Positions 51,716-63,935 of a stretch of 64,000 nt of DNA are shown here, in pieces. The notes under the pieces were generated by a model. That model did no database searches. It worked only from the letters and a program-made list of their open reading frames with translations, and had not been told where the DNA came from. The translations under genes and the position numbers were made by a program. How positions within the stretch are numbered: the first letter of the stretch is position 1; the number at the start of each line of letters is the position of its first letter. Source of the stretch: an uncultured Pseudomonadales bacterium (GTDB taxonomy: Bacteria > Pseudomonadota > Gammaproteobacteria > Pseudomonadales > JADFDG01); assembly GCA_964574995.1 (NCBI GenBank), contig CAZNPF010000007.1, forward strand, positions 3,689 to 67,688. The letters run 5' to 3'.

Positions 51716-54487
51716 ATGCCTCGCCTCTCGATCCGCCTTCGATTGATCCTGCTCGTGCTGGCACCCACGCTGCTGGCCGGTTCGCTGTTGGCTGCTTGGA
51801 CGCTGCAACAGAACACGCAGGCGCTGGAAACCACTCTGGTGGCACGCGGCTGGCTCGTGGTGCAGGAACTAGCCGGTGAAATGCGGGAAACACTAACGCA
51901 ACCGCACAAGGCAGCGCTTGAGTCGCGATTGCCGCCTTTTCTTGAACACGCCGATGTGCGCTCCGTAACGGTATACGACGCGCAGCAGGCTGTTCTTGCT
52001 CATAGCGGGCCACTGGCAAGGTCTCCTTCTAACGGCAGCCTGCGCACCCTGTTCTCGCGCGAAGCCACTGCCGTGCGCACCGACACCGGTTGGCGATTGC
52101 TGCTGCCCTTGTCGGTGGGTTTGGCAAACACCCATGCCGGCACGTCCGGCATGCTGGGCTGGATCGAAGTCGAACTCGACGGCGCGCGCGTACAAACCGA
52201 ACGCTACCGTGCGCTGGCAATCGCCTTGGCGCTGCTGTTGGGATTGATGGCATTGCAGACTGCCATCGCCTACGCCGCCAGTGCACAACTGCTGCAGCGG
52301 CTGTCTTTGCTGCGCAGCGGCATTCAGCGCGTGACCCATCACCAGCTGAATGCCCGGCTGAATCACGATGCGCCCGGCGAACTCGGACAATTGCAAGAAG
52401 ATTTCAATGCCATGTGCGTGTCGCTGCAAAAGGCCCAAGAAGAATTGCAGCACAGTGTCACCCAAGCCTCTGATGACCTGCGTGAAACTCTCGAAACGAT
52501 CGAAGTTCAAAACATCGAACTCGATATGGCGCGCAAGGAAGCCGTGCAGGCAGCGCGACTCAAGAGCGAATTTCTCGCCAACATGAGTCACGAAATTCGC
52601 ACGCCACTCAACGGCATCATCGGTTTCACCCGTCTGCTGCTCAAAAGCGACTTGTCACCACGACAGCTCGAATATCTGACCACGATACGCAAGTCCTCGG
52701 ATGCGCTGCTCACCATCATCAACGACATTTTGGACTTCTCAAAAATTGAAGCCGGCAAACTAACGCTGGACCGCAGCCCGGTAGATATTCGCGAGATCAT
52801 TGACGATGTGTTGTCCCTGCTGGCTCCGATGGCGTCAGAAAAGCGGCTGGAACAAGTGGCGATGATTTACCAGGACACGCCTCGCCGCGTCATCACGGAC
52901 CCGATTCGCTTGCGGCAGGTGCTCACGAATCTGCTCAACAACGCCATCAAGTTCACCGAACGCGGCATGATCGTGGTGCGGGTGATGCTAGAAAGCGAAG
53001 ATGAGAATTCGGTGATGCTGCGTTTTGCCGTCACCGACACCGGCATTGGCTTGAGTAAAGAGCAACAGGCCTCGCTATTCACCGCGTTCACGCAAGCCGA
53101 TTCGAGCATCTCGCGGCAAGCCGGCGGCACCGGGCTGGGCTTGGCCATTTCCAAGCATCTGGTCAGCCTCATGGGCGGCGAAGTGGGGCTAGAAAGTGCG
53201 CTCGGCGAAGGCTCCACCTTTTGGTTCACGTTGCGCGCCGACATTGATCGTCAACCCATCGCTAGCAACCACACGGCACTGAACGGCAAGCATTTTTTGG
53301 TGCACGACAGCAACGATTCTGCACGTTTGGCAGTGAGTCATTTGCTACAAAGTTGGGGCGCGCAAATTATCGAGGCAGAAAAAATCGCCGACATTTCAGC
53401 ACTGCTTGCCGCTCACCGTGGCCCGCCGATTGCCGGCGTGTTGTTGGGCAGCGGCCCGCACCCCGGCGACGGCCATGCCGCCGCTGCACTGTGTGCTCAA
53501 CTGCAAAACCTCGGCCTCACCACATGGCTGCTGCCCGGTGCCATCGATGACAGCACAAACATCGGTTCGCCCGGCAACGTGCTTTCCAAACCCGTCACGG
53601 CGTCTCGCCTTTACGATGCACTGATCAGCAGTCTGGGTGGCACCGTGCGCGGCACGCGCACACAACTGTTGGCACAACACAGTGCGACGCGCCTGCATGT
53701 GCTGGCCGTCGATGACAACGAAGCCAATCTGCGCTTGCTGTGCACGTTGATCGGCGATTTTGGTGTCGACGTCAAAGGCGTCTCCAGCGGCGCTGCCGCA
53801 CTGGACGCCATGCGCAAAACTCACTTCGATCTGGTGCTCATGGATATCCAGATGCCCGGCATGGACGGCATTGAAACCACGCGCCAAATACGTGCGCTGG
53901 GGCCTGCATTTCACGGCATACCCGTCATTGCCGTGACCGCGCACGCGCTCTCCACGGAGCGCGAGCAACTACTGACTGCCGGTCTCGACGATTACCTCAC
54001 CAAGCCCGTCGGCGAACAACAATTGCGTTACGTGCTGGAACGTTGGGGCGGCGTACGATTTGCAGAAATTCGCAGCACCTCGGCTCACAACACGCTTCTG
54101 GAAAACACCGGAGAAACCATCAGTCTGGCGTCATCCGTCGCGTTAGCCGGTGGCAAACCAGCACTAGCACGCGACATGTTGCGTTTACTCGCCGTCAGTC
54201 TCGCGTCGGATCGCGTGGATATTCCGGCATTAGCCGCTGCGCGTGATGGCGATAATCTGCTCGCGCGTGTGCATAAATTGCATGGTGCCACGCGTTACGT
54301 TGACACGCCGCGTTTGCGGCAAGCCGCCCACGATCTTGAAGTCGCTCTCAAGCAAGGCCTCGCGCAAGAAACATTGGACTGGTCTGCTCTGGCAGCGCCT
54401 GTCGCGCAACTCGAAGCCGCCATGTCCGAAGTAGACACGTGGCTGGCCGACAATCTCAGTGACATTGAGCAGTTACTGCCTGATTGA
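51716..54487 (+). CDS. gacS: Tripartite sensor histidine kinase GacS/BarA
   Basis: [19 protein letters not shown]-box, G boxes, pseudo-REC, REC ([10 protein letters not shown]), Hpt (HKLHG); conserved position between cysM and pdxJ. Confidence 0.92.
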   Translation: MPRLSIRLRLILLVLAPTLLAGSLLAAWTLQQNTQALETTLVARGWLVVQELAGEMRETLTQPHKAALESRLPPFLEHADVRSVTVYDAQQAVLAHSGPLARSPSNGSLRTLFSREATAVRTDTGWRLLLPLSVGLANTHAGTSGMLGWIEVELDGARVQTERYRALAIALALLLGLMALQTAIAYAASAQLLQRLSLLRSGIQRVTHHQLNARLNHDAPGELGQLQEDFNAMCVSLQKAQEELQHSVTQASDDLRETLETIEVQNIELDMARKEAVQAARLKSEFLANMSHEIRTPLNGIIGFTRLLLKSDLSPRQLEYLTTIRKSSDALLTIINDILDFSKIEAGKLTLDRSPVDIREIIDDVLSLLAPMASEKRLEQVAMIYQDTPRRVITDPIRLRQVLTNLLNNAIKFTERGMIVVRVMLESEDENSVMLRFAVTDTGIGLSKEQQASLFTAFTQADSSISRQAGGTGLGLAISKHLVSLMGGEVGLESALGEGSTFWFTLRADIDRQPIASNHTALNGKHFLVHDSNDSARLAVSHLLQSWGAQIIEAEKIADISALLAAHRGPPIAGVLLGSGPHPGDGHAAAALCAQLQNLGLTTWLLPGAIDDSTNIGSPGNVLSKPVTASRLYDALISSLGGTVRGTRTQLLAQHSATRLHVLAVDDNEANLRLLCTLIGDFGVDVKGVSSGAAALDAMRKTHFDLVLMDIQMPGMDGIETTRQIRALGPAFHGIPVIAVTAHALSTEREQLLTAGLDDYLTKPVGEQQLRYVLERWGGVRFAEIRSTSAHNTLLENTGETISLASSVALAGGKPALARDMLRLLAVSLASDRVDIPALAAARDGDNLLARVHKLHGATRYVDTPRLRQAAHDLEVALKQGLAQETLDWSALAAPVAQLEAAMSEVDTWLADNLSDIEQLLPD

Positions 54488-54525
54488 CGCATCGATCCAT
54501 TTCGATGCGAATCGATCAAACGTTT

Positions 54526-54939
54526 TCAGCCTTCCAGCACCACGAAGGCTAAAGCAGCATCGCGCTCATCGCTGAGCGAAAGATGCAGATGGCGCACACC
54601 ACGCAACTGCGCCAATGACTGCCCCTTACCGCGCAATGCCAGCGTGGGCCGGCCAGACGCTTCACGACCGATCACGATGTCCTGGAACGAAAGTTCGCGA
54701 CCGATACCCGTACCAAACGCCTTGGCCACTGCCTCCTTGGCTGCCCAGCGTTTAGCCAGCCAGCGCACTTCAGCTTCGGTATCGGCAAAGCGCACGTTTG
54801 ACATCTGTTGCCATTCTTCTTCACACAACACACGCTGGCGAAAACGATCGCCATGCTCCGCAAGCGCCGCAGCAATGCGCGCCACCGTCACGATGTCGGT
54901 GCCAATGCCGCGTATGTGGGGGCTATCAAACTCGCTCAT
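54526..54939 (-). CDS. acpS: Holo-ACP synthase
   Basis: GIGTDIV, KRWAAKEAVAKAFGTG, LSLSDE. Confidence 0.95.
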   Translation of the reverse strand: MSEFDSPHIRGIGTDIVTVARIAAALAEHGDRFRQRVLCEEEWQQMSNVRFADTEAEVRWLAKRWAAKEAVAKAFGTGIGRELSFQDIVIGREASGRPTLALRGKGQSLAQLRGVRHLHLSLSDERDAALAFVVLEG

Positions 54940-55030
54940 GACAATATCGCCTGCCATCTCTGCATGCCGCCGGACTATGCAATGGTGAACGGTATGGCAT
55001 TACGCAGCATGATGTGACGCGGCGTCACAC

Positions 55031-55783
55031 TCATGTGGCAGCACGTATCATCAAACGCTTCATTTCCCGAACCGCTTCCGCAAAACCGGTAACGAGTGCG
55101 CGCGCCACGATGGCATGACCAATGTTCAGCTCATTGATGCCCGGAATCGCCGCCACCGGTTCCACGTTGAAATAGTGCAAGCCATGACCCGCGTTGACCG
55201 TGAGCCCGGCCGCCACACCGTGTGCCACTGCACGCTCGATACGTGCCAGCTCTTTGGCGCGGGCGTGATCATCGTCTGCATCCGCGTAAGCACCCGTATG
55301 CAATTCGATCACCGGCGCACCGCAACGCACCGCCGCATCGATCTGCGCTGTTTCCGGATCGATAAATAACGAAACCTCGATACCGGCTCGCGCCAAACGC
55401 TCACAAGCCGCTTTTACTTCTTTCTCATGCGCGATCACGTCGAGCCCACCCTCGGTGGTGATCTCCGTGCGCTTTTCTGGCACCAGACACGCGTGCTGCG
55501 GCTTGATACGTTCGGCGAATGCAATCATTTCCGCCGTCACCGCCATTTCTAAATTCATGCGCGTCTTTAATACCTGACGCAAAATTTCAACATCACGATC
55601 CTGAATATGTCGACGATCTTCACGCAGATGCACCGTGATGCCATCAGCACCGGCGGTTTCAGCGATCAGCGCCGCCTCCACCGGGTCCGGATACGGTGTG
55701 CCGCGCGCCTGACGCACCGTGGCCACATGGTCAATGTTCACGCCCAACAACGGACGACGGAACGGGTTCACCGGCAAAGACAT
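55031..55783 (-). CDS. pdxJ: Pyridoxine 5'-phosphate synthase
   Basis: [33 protein letters not shown]. Confidence 0.98.
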   Translation of the reverse strand: MSLPVNPFRRPLLGVNIDHVATVRQARGTPYPDPVEAALIAETAGADGITVHLREDRRHIQDRDVEILRQVLKTRMNLEMAVTAEMIAFAERIKPQHACLVPEKRTEITTEGGLDVIAHEKEVKAACERLARAGIEVSLFIDPETAQIDAAVRCGAPVIELHTGAYADADDDHARAKELARIERAVAHGVAAGLTVNAGHGLHYFNVEPVAAIPGINELNIGHAIVARALVTGFAEAVREMKRLMIRAAT

Positions 55784-55785
55784 GG

Positions 55786-56517
55786 TCAGGATTCTCCGGA
55801 ATGTTCGTCAGAAGCAGAACGCGTACGGCGAAATAGCGCACGGCTCTGCAACGGTTTATTGCCCAAGTGAGGCGCCAGCGCCGCACGCATCACACGTTTG
55901 GCATCGTTTAACACGACAGCATCCAAGGCCGCGTAATCATCCGTATCCAGCGCCAACAACGCTCGACCTTCGTGACACTGTTCCGTCGGAAGGCCCGGTG
56001 CCGCTTCTCGCACGCCATAGCCTGGCTCGAAAGTATAGCGCTGCCCTGCGCGCACCAACTGGCCTTCCACGGTTTCACCGTAACGATGGCCATAACCCAG
56101 TTCGTCGAGCAAATGTTTCTCAAAGAGACGCAACACGGGTTCCAACGCGGCGCCGGTGCTCAACCGCGTCAACGTCAGCGCGTAAAGCTCCACCACATCC
56201 GGTACGGGAACGTCGCGGTGCAGCAAACGCACCAGCAATTCATTGAGATACAACGCGGCAAAAAGTGCATGACCAGACAGCAATTGCGGCGAACCCACGG
56301 CTTCGCCGGTGCCCGCACGTCGCAACTCACCGCGGCCAGTCAAGGGAATTCGATAGCGCCGAAAAGGCTGCAGCGGTGAACTGCGTTTGCCGCCTCGGTT
56401 GCCGCGCGTTAGCACACCGATCCGGCCATGCTCAACGCTGAGCAATTCCACCAGCTGGCTGCTCTCGCGGTATGCACGCGCATGCAGCACAAAGGCTTCC
56501 ACGCTGTCGGCGGCCAT
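55786..56517 (-). CDS. recO: DNA repair protein RecO
   Basis: [41 protein letters not shown]. Confidence 0.95.
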   Translation of the reverse strand: MAADSVEAFVLHARAYRESSQLVELLSVEHGRIGVLTRGNRGGKRSSPLQPFRRYRIPLTGRGELRRAGTGEAVGSPQLLSGHALFAALYLNELLVRLLHRDVPVPDVVELYALTLTRLSTGAALEPVLRLFEKHLLDELGYGHRYGETVEGQLVRAGQRYTFEPGYGVREAAPGLPTEQCHEGRALLALDTDDYAALDAVVLNDAKRVMRAALAPHLGNKPLQSRALFRRTRSASDEHSGES

Positions 56518-56526
56518 GCCTACGAC

Positions 56527-57435
56527 TCAGTCGTAACCGAGGCTCTTCAATGCGCGATCATCATCGGCCCAACCGCCGCGCACTTTGACCCAGATTTCCA
56601 GCATCACCTTGCAGCCAAACAGTTTCTCCATGTCGAGCCTAGCCTGCGTGGCAATTTTTTTCATACGCTCGCCGCCGGCACCGATCACGATGGCTTTCTG
56701 CCCTTCTTTCTCGACCAGAATCGCCGCATGAATGCGGTACAAATTGCCCTCTTCCTCGAATTTCTCGATCTCTACCGCCAACTGATACGGAATTTCATCG
56801 CCTAACTGACGCATCACTTTTTCGCGAATCAATTCTGCCGCCAGAAAACGAGGGGTCCGATCCGTGAGCTCATCCGGCTCAAAAATATGTGGCTGTTCCG
56901 GCAAATAATTGGCGACCAATTGCGCCAGCGTATCGAGATTGTGACCACCCTGCGCGGAGATCGGCACGATTTCGGCAAACGTACGTTGCTCCGATAACCA
57001 TTTCAGATGCGGCAACAGTCGCGCCTTGTCTGCCAGCTCATCAATCTTATTGATTGCCAGAATCACCGGGCATTCCACGCCCGCGAGCTTCTCCAGCACC
57101 AGCGCGTCGTCGTCGGTCCACTTCAGACCTTCAACCACAAAAATCACCAGATCGACATCACCCACCACCGACACAGCGGCGCGATTCATGTACCGATTGA
57201 TGGCACGCGTTGCCGCCCGGTGTATGCCCGGCGTATCGACATAAATGGCCTGCACCGGGCCATCGGTTGCGATGCCCAGCACTTGCTGACGCGTAGTTTG
57301 TGGGCGACGCGACGTAATCGATAATTTTTGACCGATCAACCGATTGAGTAACGTCGATTTGCCGACATTGGGCCGCCCCACGATGGCGACATGCCCGCAA
57401 CGTGGTGCAGTCTGCGCAGCAATTTCACTGCTCAT
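56527..57435 (-). CDS. era: GTPase Era
   Basis: [22 protein letters not shown] domain (VIGAGG). Confidence 0.98.
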   Translation of the reverse strand: MSSEIAAQTAPRCGHVAIVGRPNVGKSTLLNRLIGQKLSITSRRPQTTRQQVLGIATDGPVQAIYVDTPGIHRAATRAINRYMNRAAVSVVGDVDLVIFVVEGLKWTDDDALVLEKLAGVECPVILAINKIDELADKARLLPHLKWLSEQRTFAEIVPISAQGGHNLDTLAQLVANYLPEQPHIFEPDELTDRTPRFLAAELIREKVMRQLGDEIPYQLAVEIEKFEEEGNLYRIHAAILVEKEGQKAIVIGAGGERMKKIATQARLDMEKLFGCKVMLEIWVKVRGGWADDDRALKSLGYD

Positions 57436-58124
57436 GACGCTTGCTCTCCTCGGCTCGTCAACTGCCGCAACACTTCAGCAGCTGCAATCTGTTCGGCCAC
57501 GCGACGGCTATCGCCCCACGCATTGATCGGTGACGACAACCCATCCGCCATACAAGACACATGAAAACGCTGTTCATGGGCTGGGCCAATCGTCTCCAGA
57601 ACGTCATACCGCGGCAATGGCAAGCCGCGCCCCTGCAACCATTCCTGCAATTGCGTTTTGGGATCTTTGTGCACGTCATCGAGGCGAAAGTCGGCAAACG
57701 ATGGGGCATACCATGCCAGCACACAGGCCGTTGCTTGCGGCAATCCTGCATCCAAATAAATAGCGCCAATCAGCGCTTCTAGGCTATCGGCCAAAATCGA
57801 CGCCCGTCGATGACCGCCGCTGCGCAACTCCCCAGGGCCCAATCGCAGATGACTACCGAGATCAAAGGCATTGGCCATACGCGCCAGCGTTGTGCCGTTG
57901 ACCAGACGCGCGCGCGCACGGGTAAGTTCACCTTCATCAGCACGCGGAAAACGCGCAAATAACTCAGCGGCGATGATGACGCCAAGCACGGCGTCGCCGA
58001 GAAACTCTAATCGTTCATTGTTACGCGATGCGCTGACGCTGCGATGCGTCAGCGCCAACTGCAGCAGATCACGGTTGGCAAACGAATGCCCAAGTGCTCG
58101 TTCCAGCGTCGACGTATCACTCAC
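57432..58124 (-). CDS. rnc: Ribonuclease III
   Basis: [10 protein letters not shown] signature, DSLEALIGA, ds[12 protein letters not shown]; GTG start inferred. Confidence 0.97.
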   Translation of the reverse strand: MSDTSTLERALGHSFANRDLLQLALTHRSVSASRNNERLEFLGDAVLGVIIAAELFARFPRADEGELTRARARLVNGTTLARMANAFDLGSHLRLGPGELRSGGHRRASILADSLEALIGAIYLDAGLPQATACVLAWYAPSFADFRLDDVHKDPKTQLQEWLQGRGLPLPRYDVLETIGPAHEQRFHVSCMADGLSSPINAWGDSRRVAEQIAAAEVLRQLTSRGEQAS

Positions 58125-58506
58125 CGCCGATGTCGACCTCGTGGGTCTTATTGAAATGCAAATTGAGCGCGATCTGGAACTCTTCACTGTCAAAAACAGG
58201 CTGCACAATATTGTAGTCGATCACTGCGCTCAACGCCCCATCTTCGCGAGAAAGCGTCAGCGCGTCTTCTTGGAAATCTCGCAGATGCAAATTGTTGATA
58301 CTCAACTGCGTATCAATGCGAGAGCGAATGACGTCGTTGGTCTGTAGGCCCATCCGCGGCTGCTTGAGCGTTTCCAGCGTAGCGCCGCTGAAGGTCAGGA
58401 AATCCATGTAGGGCGGAATGATCTTCAGCGCGAGTGTCACTGCGCCGCCGATCAAAGCCAGAAAGAACGCGAGAGCAAAGAACGAAAAACCTTGCTGACG
58501 ACGCAT
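58117..58506 (-). CDS. DUF4845 family protein
   Basis: Pilin-like RRQQGFS N-terminus with TM; conserved position between lepB and rnc. Confidence 0.8.
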   Translation of the reverse strand: MRRQQGFSFFALAFFLALIGGAVTLALKIIPPYMDFLTFSGATLETLKQPRMGLQTNDVIRSRIDTQLSINNLHLRDFQEDALTLSREDGALSAVIDYNIVQPVFDSEEFQIALNLHFNKTHEVDIGGE

Positions 58507-58547
58507 CGTGCTGTTCTCCAGTGGTGCCCGAGAATCGAGAATGGCAG

Positions 58548-59330
58548 TTACTGTTGACGGGTATCCAGCGGATACACCGTGCCGTTACGCGCGAAACCTG
58601 GCAGATGTAGCCCCGGTTCCTTGTGCATCCAGATATAAACCGCCTTGCCGACAATAAGCCGATCCGGGACAAAACCCCAGCCACGGCTGTCGTAACTATT
58701 ATCACGGTTATCGCCCATCACAAAGAAATGCCCGGGCGGCACCTGCACTTCCGTTGCTTCCGTGAAGGCCGGCCGACCTTCTTCGTAACGAATGACAAAT
58801 CGGTGATCGCCCAATGACTGGTGATACGTCAGTTCTGCACCGCCCCGAATTTCCACCTCGCGCGCCACCGGCTCCAGCGGCAACTCCACACCGTTGAGCC
58901 ATACACGGTGGCCTTCAAAACGAATGATGTCGCCAGGCAGGCCCACGATTCGCTTGATGAAACTTGTGCTGGGTTTCTGTGGGAAGCGGAACACGAGAAT
59001 ATCGCCACGCTGCGGCTCACTCACCGGCAAGATTTTGGTTCCAATCACCGGCAACCGCAGGCCATAGGCGTATTTGTTGACCACGATGTAATCGCCCACC
59101 TGCAACGTCGGCAGCATGGAGCCAGAAGGAATCGTGAACGGCTCGGCAAGAAAACTGCGCAGCACCAGCACCACCGCCAGTACCGGAAAAAAAGAACGCG
59201 ACCAGTCCACCGGCCAAGGCTCAACAGCACCTTCAACGCGCTGTTTACGAAACCATAATTTATCCAGCAACACGACAGTGCCGGTCACGCCCGTCAGTAC
59301 GACCAGCCAGAATGCAAAATCGATATCCAT
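58548..59330 (-). CDS. lepB: Signal peptidase I
   Basis: PSGSM.PTL (Ser), FIKRIVG (Lys), GDNRDNS.DSR. Confidence 0.97.
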   Translation of the reverse strand: MDIDFAFWLVVLTGVTGTVVLLDKLWFRKQRVEGAVEPWPVDWSRSFFPVLAVVLVLRSFLAEPFTIPSGSMLPTLQVGDYIVVNKYAYGLRLPVIGTKILPVSEPQRGDILVFRFPQKPSTSFIKRIVGLPGDIIRFEGHRVWLNGVELPLEPVAREVEIRGGAELTYHQSLGDHRFVIRYEEGRPAFTEATEVQVPPGHFFVMGDNRDNSYDSRGWGFVPDRLIVGKAVYIWMHKEPGLHLPGFARNGTVYPLDTRQQ

Positions 59331-59375
59331 CGACAGGTTTTCCTCAGTAGCTCGCTACACGCAGCGAGCAGAAAT

Positions 59376-61178
59376 TCACTTATCTACTTTAAGAACGGCA
59401 AGGAACGCTTCCTGCGGCACTTCGACACGGCCCAGTTGCTTCATGCGCTTCTTGCCTTCTTTCTGCTTCTCGAGCAGTTTCTTTTTGCGCGACACGTCAC
59501 CGCCATAGCACTTGGCCAACACGTTCTTGCGTAAGGCTTTAACGGTGGTACGTGCAATGACATGCGCACCGATGGCCGCCTGAATGGCAATGTCGAACAT
59601 CTGGCGAGGAATCAATTCCTGCATTTTTTCGATCAAAGCCCGGCTACGCTGCGGCGCGTTGTCGGCATGCGTAATGATCGATAGTGCATCGACTTTGTCG
59701 CCATTGATCAGCACATCGACTTTCACCAGCTTGCTGGTTTCAAAGCGCAGGAAGTTGTAATCCAGAGAAGCAAAACCACGGCTGACCGACTTCAGACGGT
59801 CAAAGAAATCCATGACGACTTCTGCCATCGGGATTTCATACGTGAGCTGCACCTGATTGCCGTGGAACACCATATTCTTCTGCGCACCGCGACGCTCTAC
59901 GCACAGCGTGATCACGTTGCCCAGATGTTCCTGCGGCACGAGAATGTGAACTTCCGCGATTGGTTCGCGCACCTCTTCAATGCGCGACACGTCCGGCAAC
60001 TTAGACGGACTGTCCACGTAGATCAGCTCGTTTTTCTTAGTCAACACTTCGTAAACGACGGTCGGTGCCGTGGTGATCAGGTCCAGATCGTATTCGCGCT
60101 CCAAACGCTCCTGGATGATCTCCATGTGCAAGAGGCCGAGAAACCCGATGCGAAAACCAAAGCCCAACGCATCGGAAGATTCCGGCTCATAGAACAGCGA
60201 CGCATCGTTGAGCGACAACTTGGCGAGCGCCTCACGGAAATCTTCGTACTCATCAGAGTTCACCGGGAACAGCCCGGCGTACACCTGCGGCTTCACTTTC
60301 TTGAAGCCCGGCAGCGCCGCGACATCCGGCGTTTTTGCCAGCGTGAGCGTGTCGCCTACTGGCGCACCGTGAATGTCCTTGATACCTGCAACGACATATC
60401 CGACTTCGCCCGCTTCCAGCACACCGGTTTCTTTGCGCTTGGGGGTGTGGATACCGACGATGCCGATTTCGTGATTCTGCCCGGTCGATTTGACGTGAAT
60501 CTTGTCGCCTTTGCGCAGCACGCCATTGACCACGCGCACCAACGACACAACGCCGAGATAATTATCGAACCAAGAATCGATGATCAACGCTTGTAGCGCA
60601 GCGTTACGATCGCCCTTCGGCGCCGGAATACGCAGCACCAACTCTTCCAGCAGATCGTCCACACCCAAACCGGTCTTGGCACTGACCAAACACGCATCAG
60701 ACGCATCGACGCCGATGATGTCGGCAATTTCTTGCTTCACGCGTTCCGGTTCGGCTTGCGGTAAATCGATTTTATTGAGTACCGGCATGACCTCCAGATT
60801 GAGGTCCATGGCCGTGTAGCAGTTGGCGACCGATTGCGCTTCCACACCTTGACCGGCATCGACCACCAACAAGGCACCTTCACAGGCAGACAGCGAACGC
60901 GAAACTTCATAAGAGAAGTCGACGTGACCCGGCGTGTCGATGAAATTGAGTTGATACGTGCGGCCATCACGCTTTGACGTGAACGGCAAGGTCACGCTTT
61001 GCGCCTTGATGGTGATGCCGCGCTCGCGCTCGATATCCATCGAGTCGAGCACTTGCGCACTCATTTCGCGTTCGGTCAGGCCGCCGCAAATCTGAATGAA
61101 ACGGTCGGCGAGCGTCGACTTGCCATGATCGATGTGGGCAATGATCGAAAAATTACGGATGTTCGCGATATCAGTCAC
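59376..61178 (-). CDS. lepA: Elongation factor 4
   Basis: [30 protein letters not shown]-terminal [13 protein letters not shown]. Confidence 0.99.
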   Translation of the reverse strand: MTDIANIRNFSIIAHIDHGKSTLADRFIQICGGLTEREMSAQVLDSMDIERERGITIKAQSVTLPFTSKRDGRTYQLNFIDTPGHVDFSYEVSRSLSACEGALLVVDAGQGVEAQSVANCYTAMDLNLEVMPVLNKIDLPQAEPERVKQEIADIIGVDASDACLVSAKTGLGVDDLLEELVLRIPAPKGDRNAALQALIIDSWFDNYLGVVSLVRVVNGVLRKGDKIHVKSTGQNHEIGIVGIHTPKRKETGVLEAGEVGYVVAGIKDIHGAPVGDTLTLAKTPDVAALPGFKKVKPQVYAGLFPVNSDEYEDFREALAKLSLNDASLFYEPESSDALGFGFRIGFLGLLHMEIIQERLEREYDLDLITTAPTVVYEVLTKKNELIYVDSPSKLPDVSRIEEVREPIAEVHILVPQEHLGNVITLCVERRGAQKNMVFHGNQVQLTYEIPMAEVVMDFFDRLKSVSRGFASLDYNFLRFETSKLVKVDVLINGDKVDALSIITHADNAPQRSRALIEKMQELIPRQMFDIAIQAAIGAHVIARTTVKALRKNVLAKCYGGDVSRKKKLLEKQKEGKKRMKQLGRVEVPQEAFLAVLKVDK

Positions 61179-61283
61179 GGAAGCACTGCAGGGGCGGGAG
61201 CAAGGGCCGGCATTCTATCGGCCGGCCCTCCGGCTGGGTAGGCGCGTCTGCCGGACGCATCGCGTCCGGCTGCCCCGATACGC

Positions 61284-62756
61284 TTATTTGACTTGAATGG
61301 GGATGTAGCGGGCCTCATCACCACGCGCCACCAGCAACGGCACCATGCGACCCACCGGCAACTTGGCAACCGCCGCATTGAACGCTTGGACCGTATTCAC
61401 CGGCATGCCGCCCACTTGCAGCACCAGATCCCCCGGACGCACACCGGCATTGGCGGCCGCGCCGTCGCTCACTCGCGTCACGACCACACCGCCATCGATA
61501 CCCAACTGCTTCAGTTTTGCCGGGGGAATGCTTTCGACCACCAGACCCAGCCGGTCGCCGGCGCTGGCTGTCGCAGGTGCCTCAGGCTCGTCGCCGTCCA
61601 TGTCGCCATTGGCGAGGCTCTCTTCCGACGGCAATGTCCCGACCGTGACTTTCAAGCTGCGCGACTTGCCGTCACGCATCACCGTCATCGTGGCCTGACT
61701 GCCCGGTTTAACCCGGCCAACCAGGTGCGGCAGATCCGCCGACAGCACCACCGGCTTGTCGTTGAACGCCGTAATGATGTCCCCCTGCTTCAGGCCTGCG
61801 GCGGCGGCCGGCGTATCCGGGAAAACCTTGGCCACCAATGCACCTTCGGCTTTCTTGAGACCAAACGACTCGGCGAGATCACGATCCACATCCTGAATGC
61901 TCACGCCCAGCCAGCCACGCGACACTTTGCCGCCGCCTTTGAGCTGATCCGCCACTTCCATCGCGATATCCATCGGAATGGCAAACGACAGCCCCATATA
62001 GCCACCGCTGCCAGAAAAGATTTGCGAGTTGATGCCCACGACTTCGCCACGCAAATTAAACAAGGGGCCGCCAGAATTACCCGGATTGATCGCCACGTCG
62101 GTCTGAATGAACGGCACGTAATTTTCGCGCGGCAGGCCACGGCCCAGTGCGCTGACGATGCCCGCCGTCACCGAATAATCAAAACCAAAGGGAGCGCCGA
62201 TGGCGAATACCCATTCGCCAACTTTTAAATGATCGGAATCACCGATTTTTACCGCCGGCAAATCTTTGGCATCCACTTTCAGCAGGGCAATATCACTGCG
62301 CTTGTCGGTGCCAATCACTTTCGCCAGCAACTCGCGGCGATCCAGCAGACGCACCGTCACTTTGTCGGCGCCATCCACCACATGATTGTTAGAAAGGATG
62401 TAACCGTCGGTCGAGATAATGAACCCGGAGCCTAGCGATTCGCGATCACGCTGTGGTTGTGGCGGCATCTGCGGGAATGCGAACTGATCTCCAAAAAAAC
62501 GACGGAAGATTTCCGGCACTTGGCCTTGCATCTGACCATTCATTCTTACGTCTTCGGCGCTTGCCGTCGCGCTGATGCTCACCACGCTGGCTTTGTTCTG
62601 CTCAATCAGTGTCGTGAAATCCGGTAAGCCCGTAACAACTGACGCAGAGCTAGACGCGGGTGCCGCATTTGCTTGATTACCGGCAACGCCACAACCCACA
62701 CCAAATGCCACCACGGCGATCAACACCGGCACAATAAAACGTCGAGAATTTGACAT
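61284..62756 (-). CDS. mucD: DegP/MucD-family periplasmic serine protease with two PDZ domains
   Basis: GSGFII, NNHV, DIALL, INPGNSGGPL; position after mucB. Confidence 0.93.
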   Translation of the reverse strand: MSNSRRFIVPVLIAVVAFGVGCGVAGNQANAAPASSSASVVTGLPDFTTLIEQNKASVVSISATASAEDVRMNGQMQGQVPEIFRRFFGDQFAFPQMPPQPQRDRESLGSGFIISTDGYILSNNHVVDGADKVTVRLLDRRELLAKVIGTDKRSDIALLKVDAKDLPAVKIGDSDHLKVGEWVFAIGAPFGFDYSVTAGIVSALGRGLPRENYVPFIQTDVAINPGNSGGPLFNLRGEVVGINSQIFSGSGGYMGLSFAIPMDIAMEVADQLKGGGKVSRGWLGVSIQDVDRDLAESFGLKKAEGALVAKVFPDTPAAAAGLKQGDIITAFNDKPVVLSADLPHLVGRVKPGSQATMTVMRDGKSRSLKVTVGTLPSEESLANGDMDGDEPEAPATASAGDRLGLVVESIPPAKLKQLGIDGGVVVTRVSDGAAANAGVRPGDLVLQVGGMPVNTVQAFNAAVAKLPVGRMVPLLVARGDEARYIPIQVK

Positions 62757-62759
62757 GTC

Positions 62760-63929
62760 TCACTCCTCGTGATGCTTGACAGGAATATCGCCGGCAGATT
62801 TATCCGGCCCCTGTTGCGGCGCGCGATATCGCGCGCTTTCAACCACCTTGACCGCTGCGCTGGCAGGTATCTCACCCACCAACGTCACACGGAATTTCCC
62901 GGCACTGGCGGCATCGAGCACACCACTGACAGCTACCGTAGGACCAATTTGACGGCCCATGGGTTTCGCATCAGTGCCAACTTTTTCAACAAAAAATGAA
63001 AATGCTGCCAAGCCATCGGAATAAGTAATCGCCGCCGATTCATGTTCCTTTTCGCCCTGCATTTGGCTATCGGTCATGCTGAAGCCGGGGGGCAGCCAAG
63101 AGGGCGTGACGGCGGGCATGGGCGCATCAGTGGAGCGCAACGACGTCGACGCCACCTCATGGCCATCCGTGCTCGCGGGGGGCGTAAATAATTCGCGGGG
63201 AACTTGAATGCCTGTTTCTACGTCGATGAATTCCACAGATTCCAGCGCAACGCCTTTGCGACTCACCACTTCGTAACGCAGCGGCAAACGCGACTCGCGA
63301 TCCACCCATAACCGATAACCATATCGGTAGGCATCACGCGGACCCACCGACACAAAATCGGCACTACGGCCCGCCACGCGCGACGGCGCTGCGCGACGCA
63401 CTTGATAATGCTGGGCGACGCTGTCGGCCATCGCAGTAAACGTACGGAATGGCCCCCCGTTGGCGGCTACATCAAAACGTGTCACCCGCGCATTGGGATG
63501 AATGTTGATGGTTTCGTCGCCACGACGAATGATCTCGGCCGTGCTGTCATCCAGATGCGATAACCGCTCATGCTCGACGCCATCAATGACCGCATGCACC
63601 ACCTGCATGGATTCCATGCGGTTGCCACGCACATAAATAAAACGACCGCGAAAATTTCCGGCGCGCCACGCGGCACTGGCTTGCCGCAAAAGATCCAAGC
63701 CAGCGACATCCTCGGCTGTATGCCCAGCCTGACGATCGGCATGATTGGCATGGTCGGCATGATTGGCCGCGCGATCAACCGGCGCATCGCCGGATGTTGT
63801 TGCTTTGCCAGCGTGTGCCGATTCAGCCGCCTGTGAAGGCGCGATGAACGCAACCGACAAAAAACAAAAAAGAACGAAGGACAAACAGGCAGCGATCCGC
63901 GGTGCCTGAAAAAAGAAGGGCTTCCGCAT
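62760..63929 (-). CDS. mucB: Anti-sigma-E regulatory protein MucB/RseB with N-terminal His/Asn-rich insert
   Basis: HERLSHLD, RYGYRLWVD..S.LPL, WLPPGF, YSDGLAAFSFFVE, LVGEIP. Confidence 0.92.
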   Translation of the reverse strand: MRKPFFFQAPRIAACLSFVLFCFLSVAFIAPSQAAESAHAGKATTSGDAPVDRAANHADHANHADRQAGHTAEDVAGLDLLRQASAAWRAGNFRGRFIYVRGNRMESMQVVHAVIDGVEHERLSHLDDSTAEIIRRGDETINIHPNARVTRFDVAANGGPFRTFTAMADSVAQHYQVRRAAPSRVAGRSADFVSVGPRDAYRYGYRLWVDRESRLPLRYEVVSRKGVALESVEFIDVETGIQVPRELFTPPASTDGHEVASTSLRSTDAPMPAVTPSWLPPGFSMTDSQMQGEKEHESAAITYSDGLAAFSFFVEKVGTDAKPMGRQIGPTVAVSGVLDAASAGKFRVTLVGEIPASAAVKVVESARYRAPQQGPDKSAGDIPVKHHEE

Positions 63930-63935
63930 CAGAAA

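Noticed and set aside
61250-61270. GCCGGACGC-atc-GCGTCCGGC hairpin resembling a REP element
   Set aside because: Single copy in the window and no RAYT gene; simpler as a mucD 3' hairpin. The same applies to hairpins at 5735-5754 and 54489-54508.
61293-62228. 311-aa + strand ORF opposite mucD (likewise 23770-24786, 37049-37945, 59862-60596)
   Set aside because: Typical stop-free antisense frames in GC-rich coding DNA; no family signatures.
62757-62759. Absence of mucC/rseC between mucB and mucD
   Set aside because: Known variation among pseudomonad-type loci; not novel by itself.
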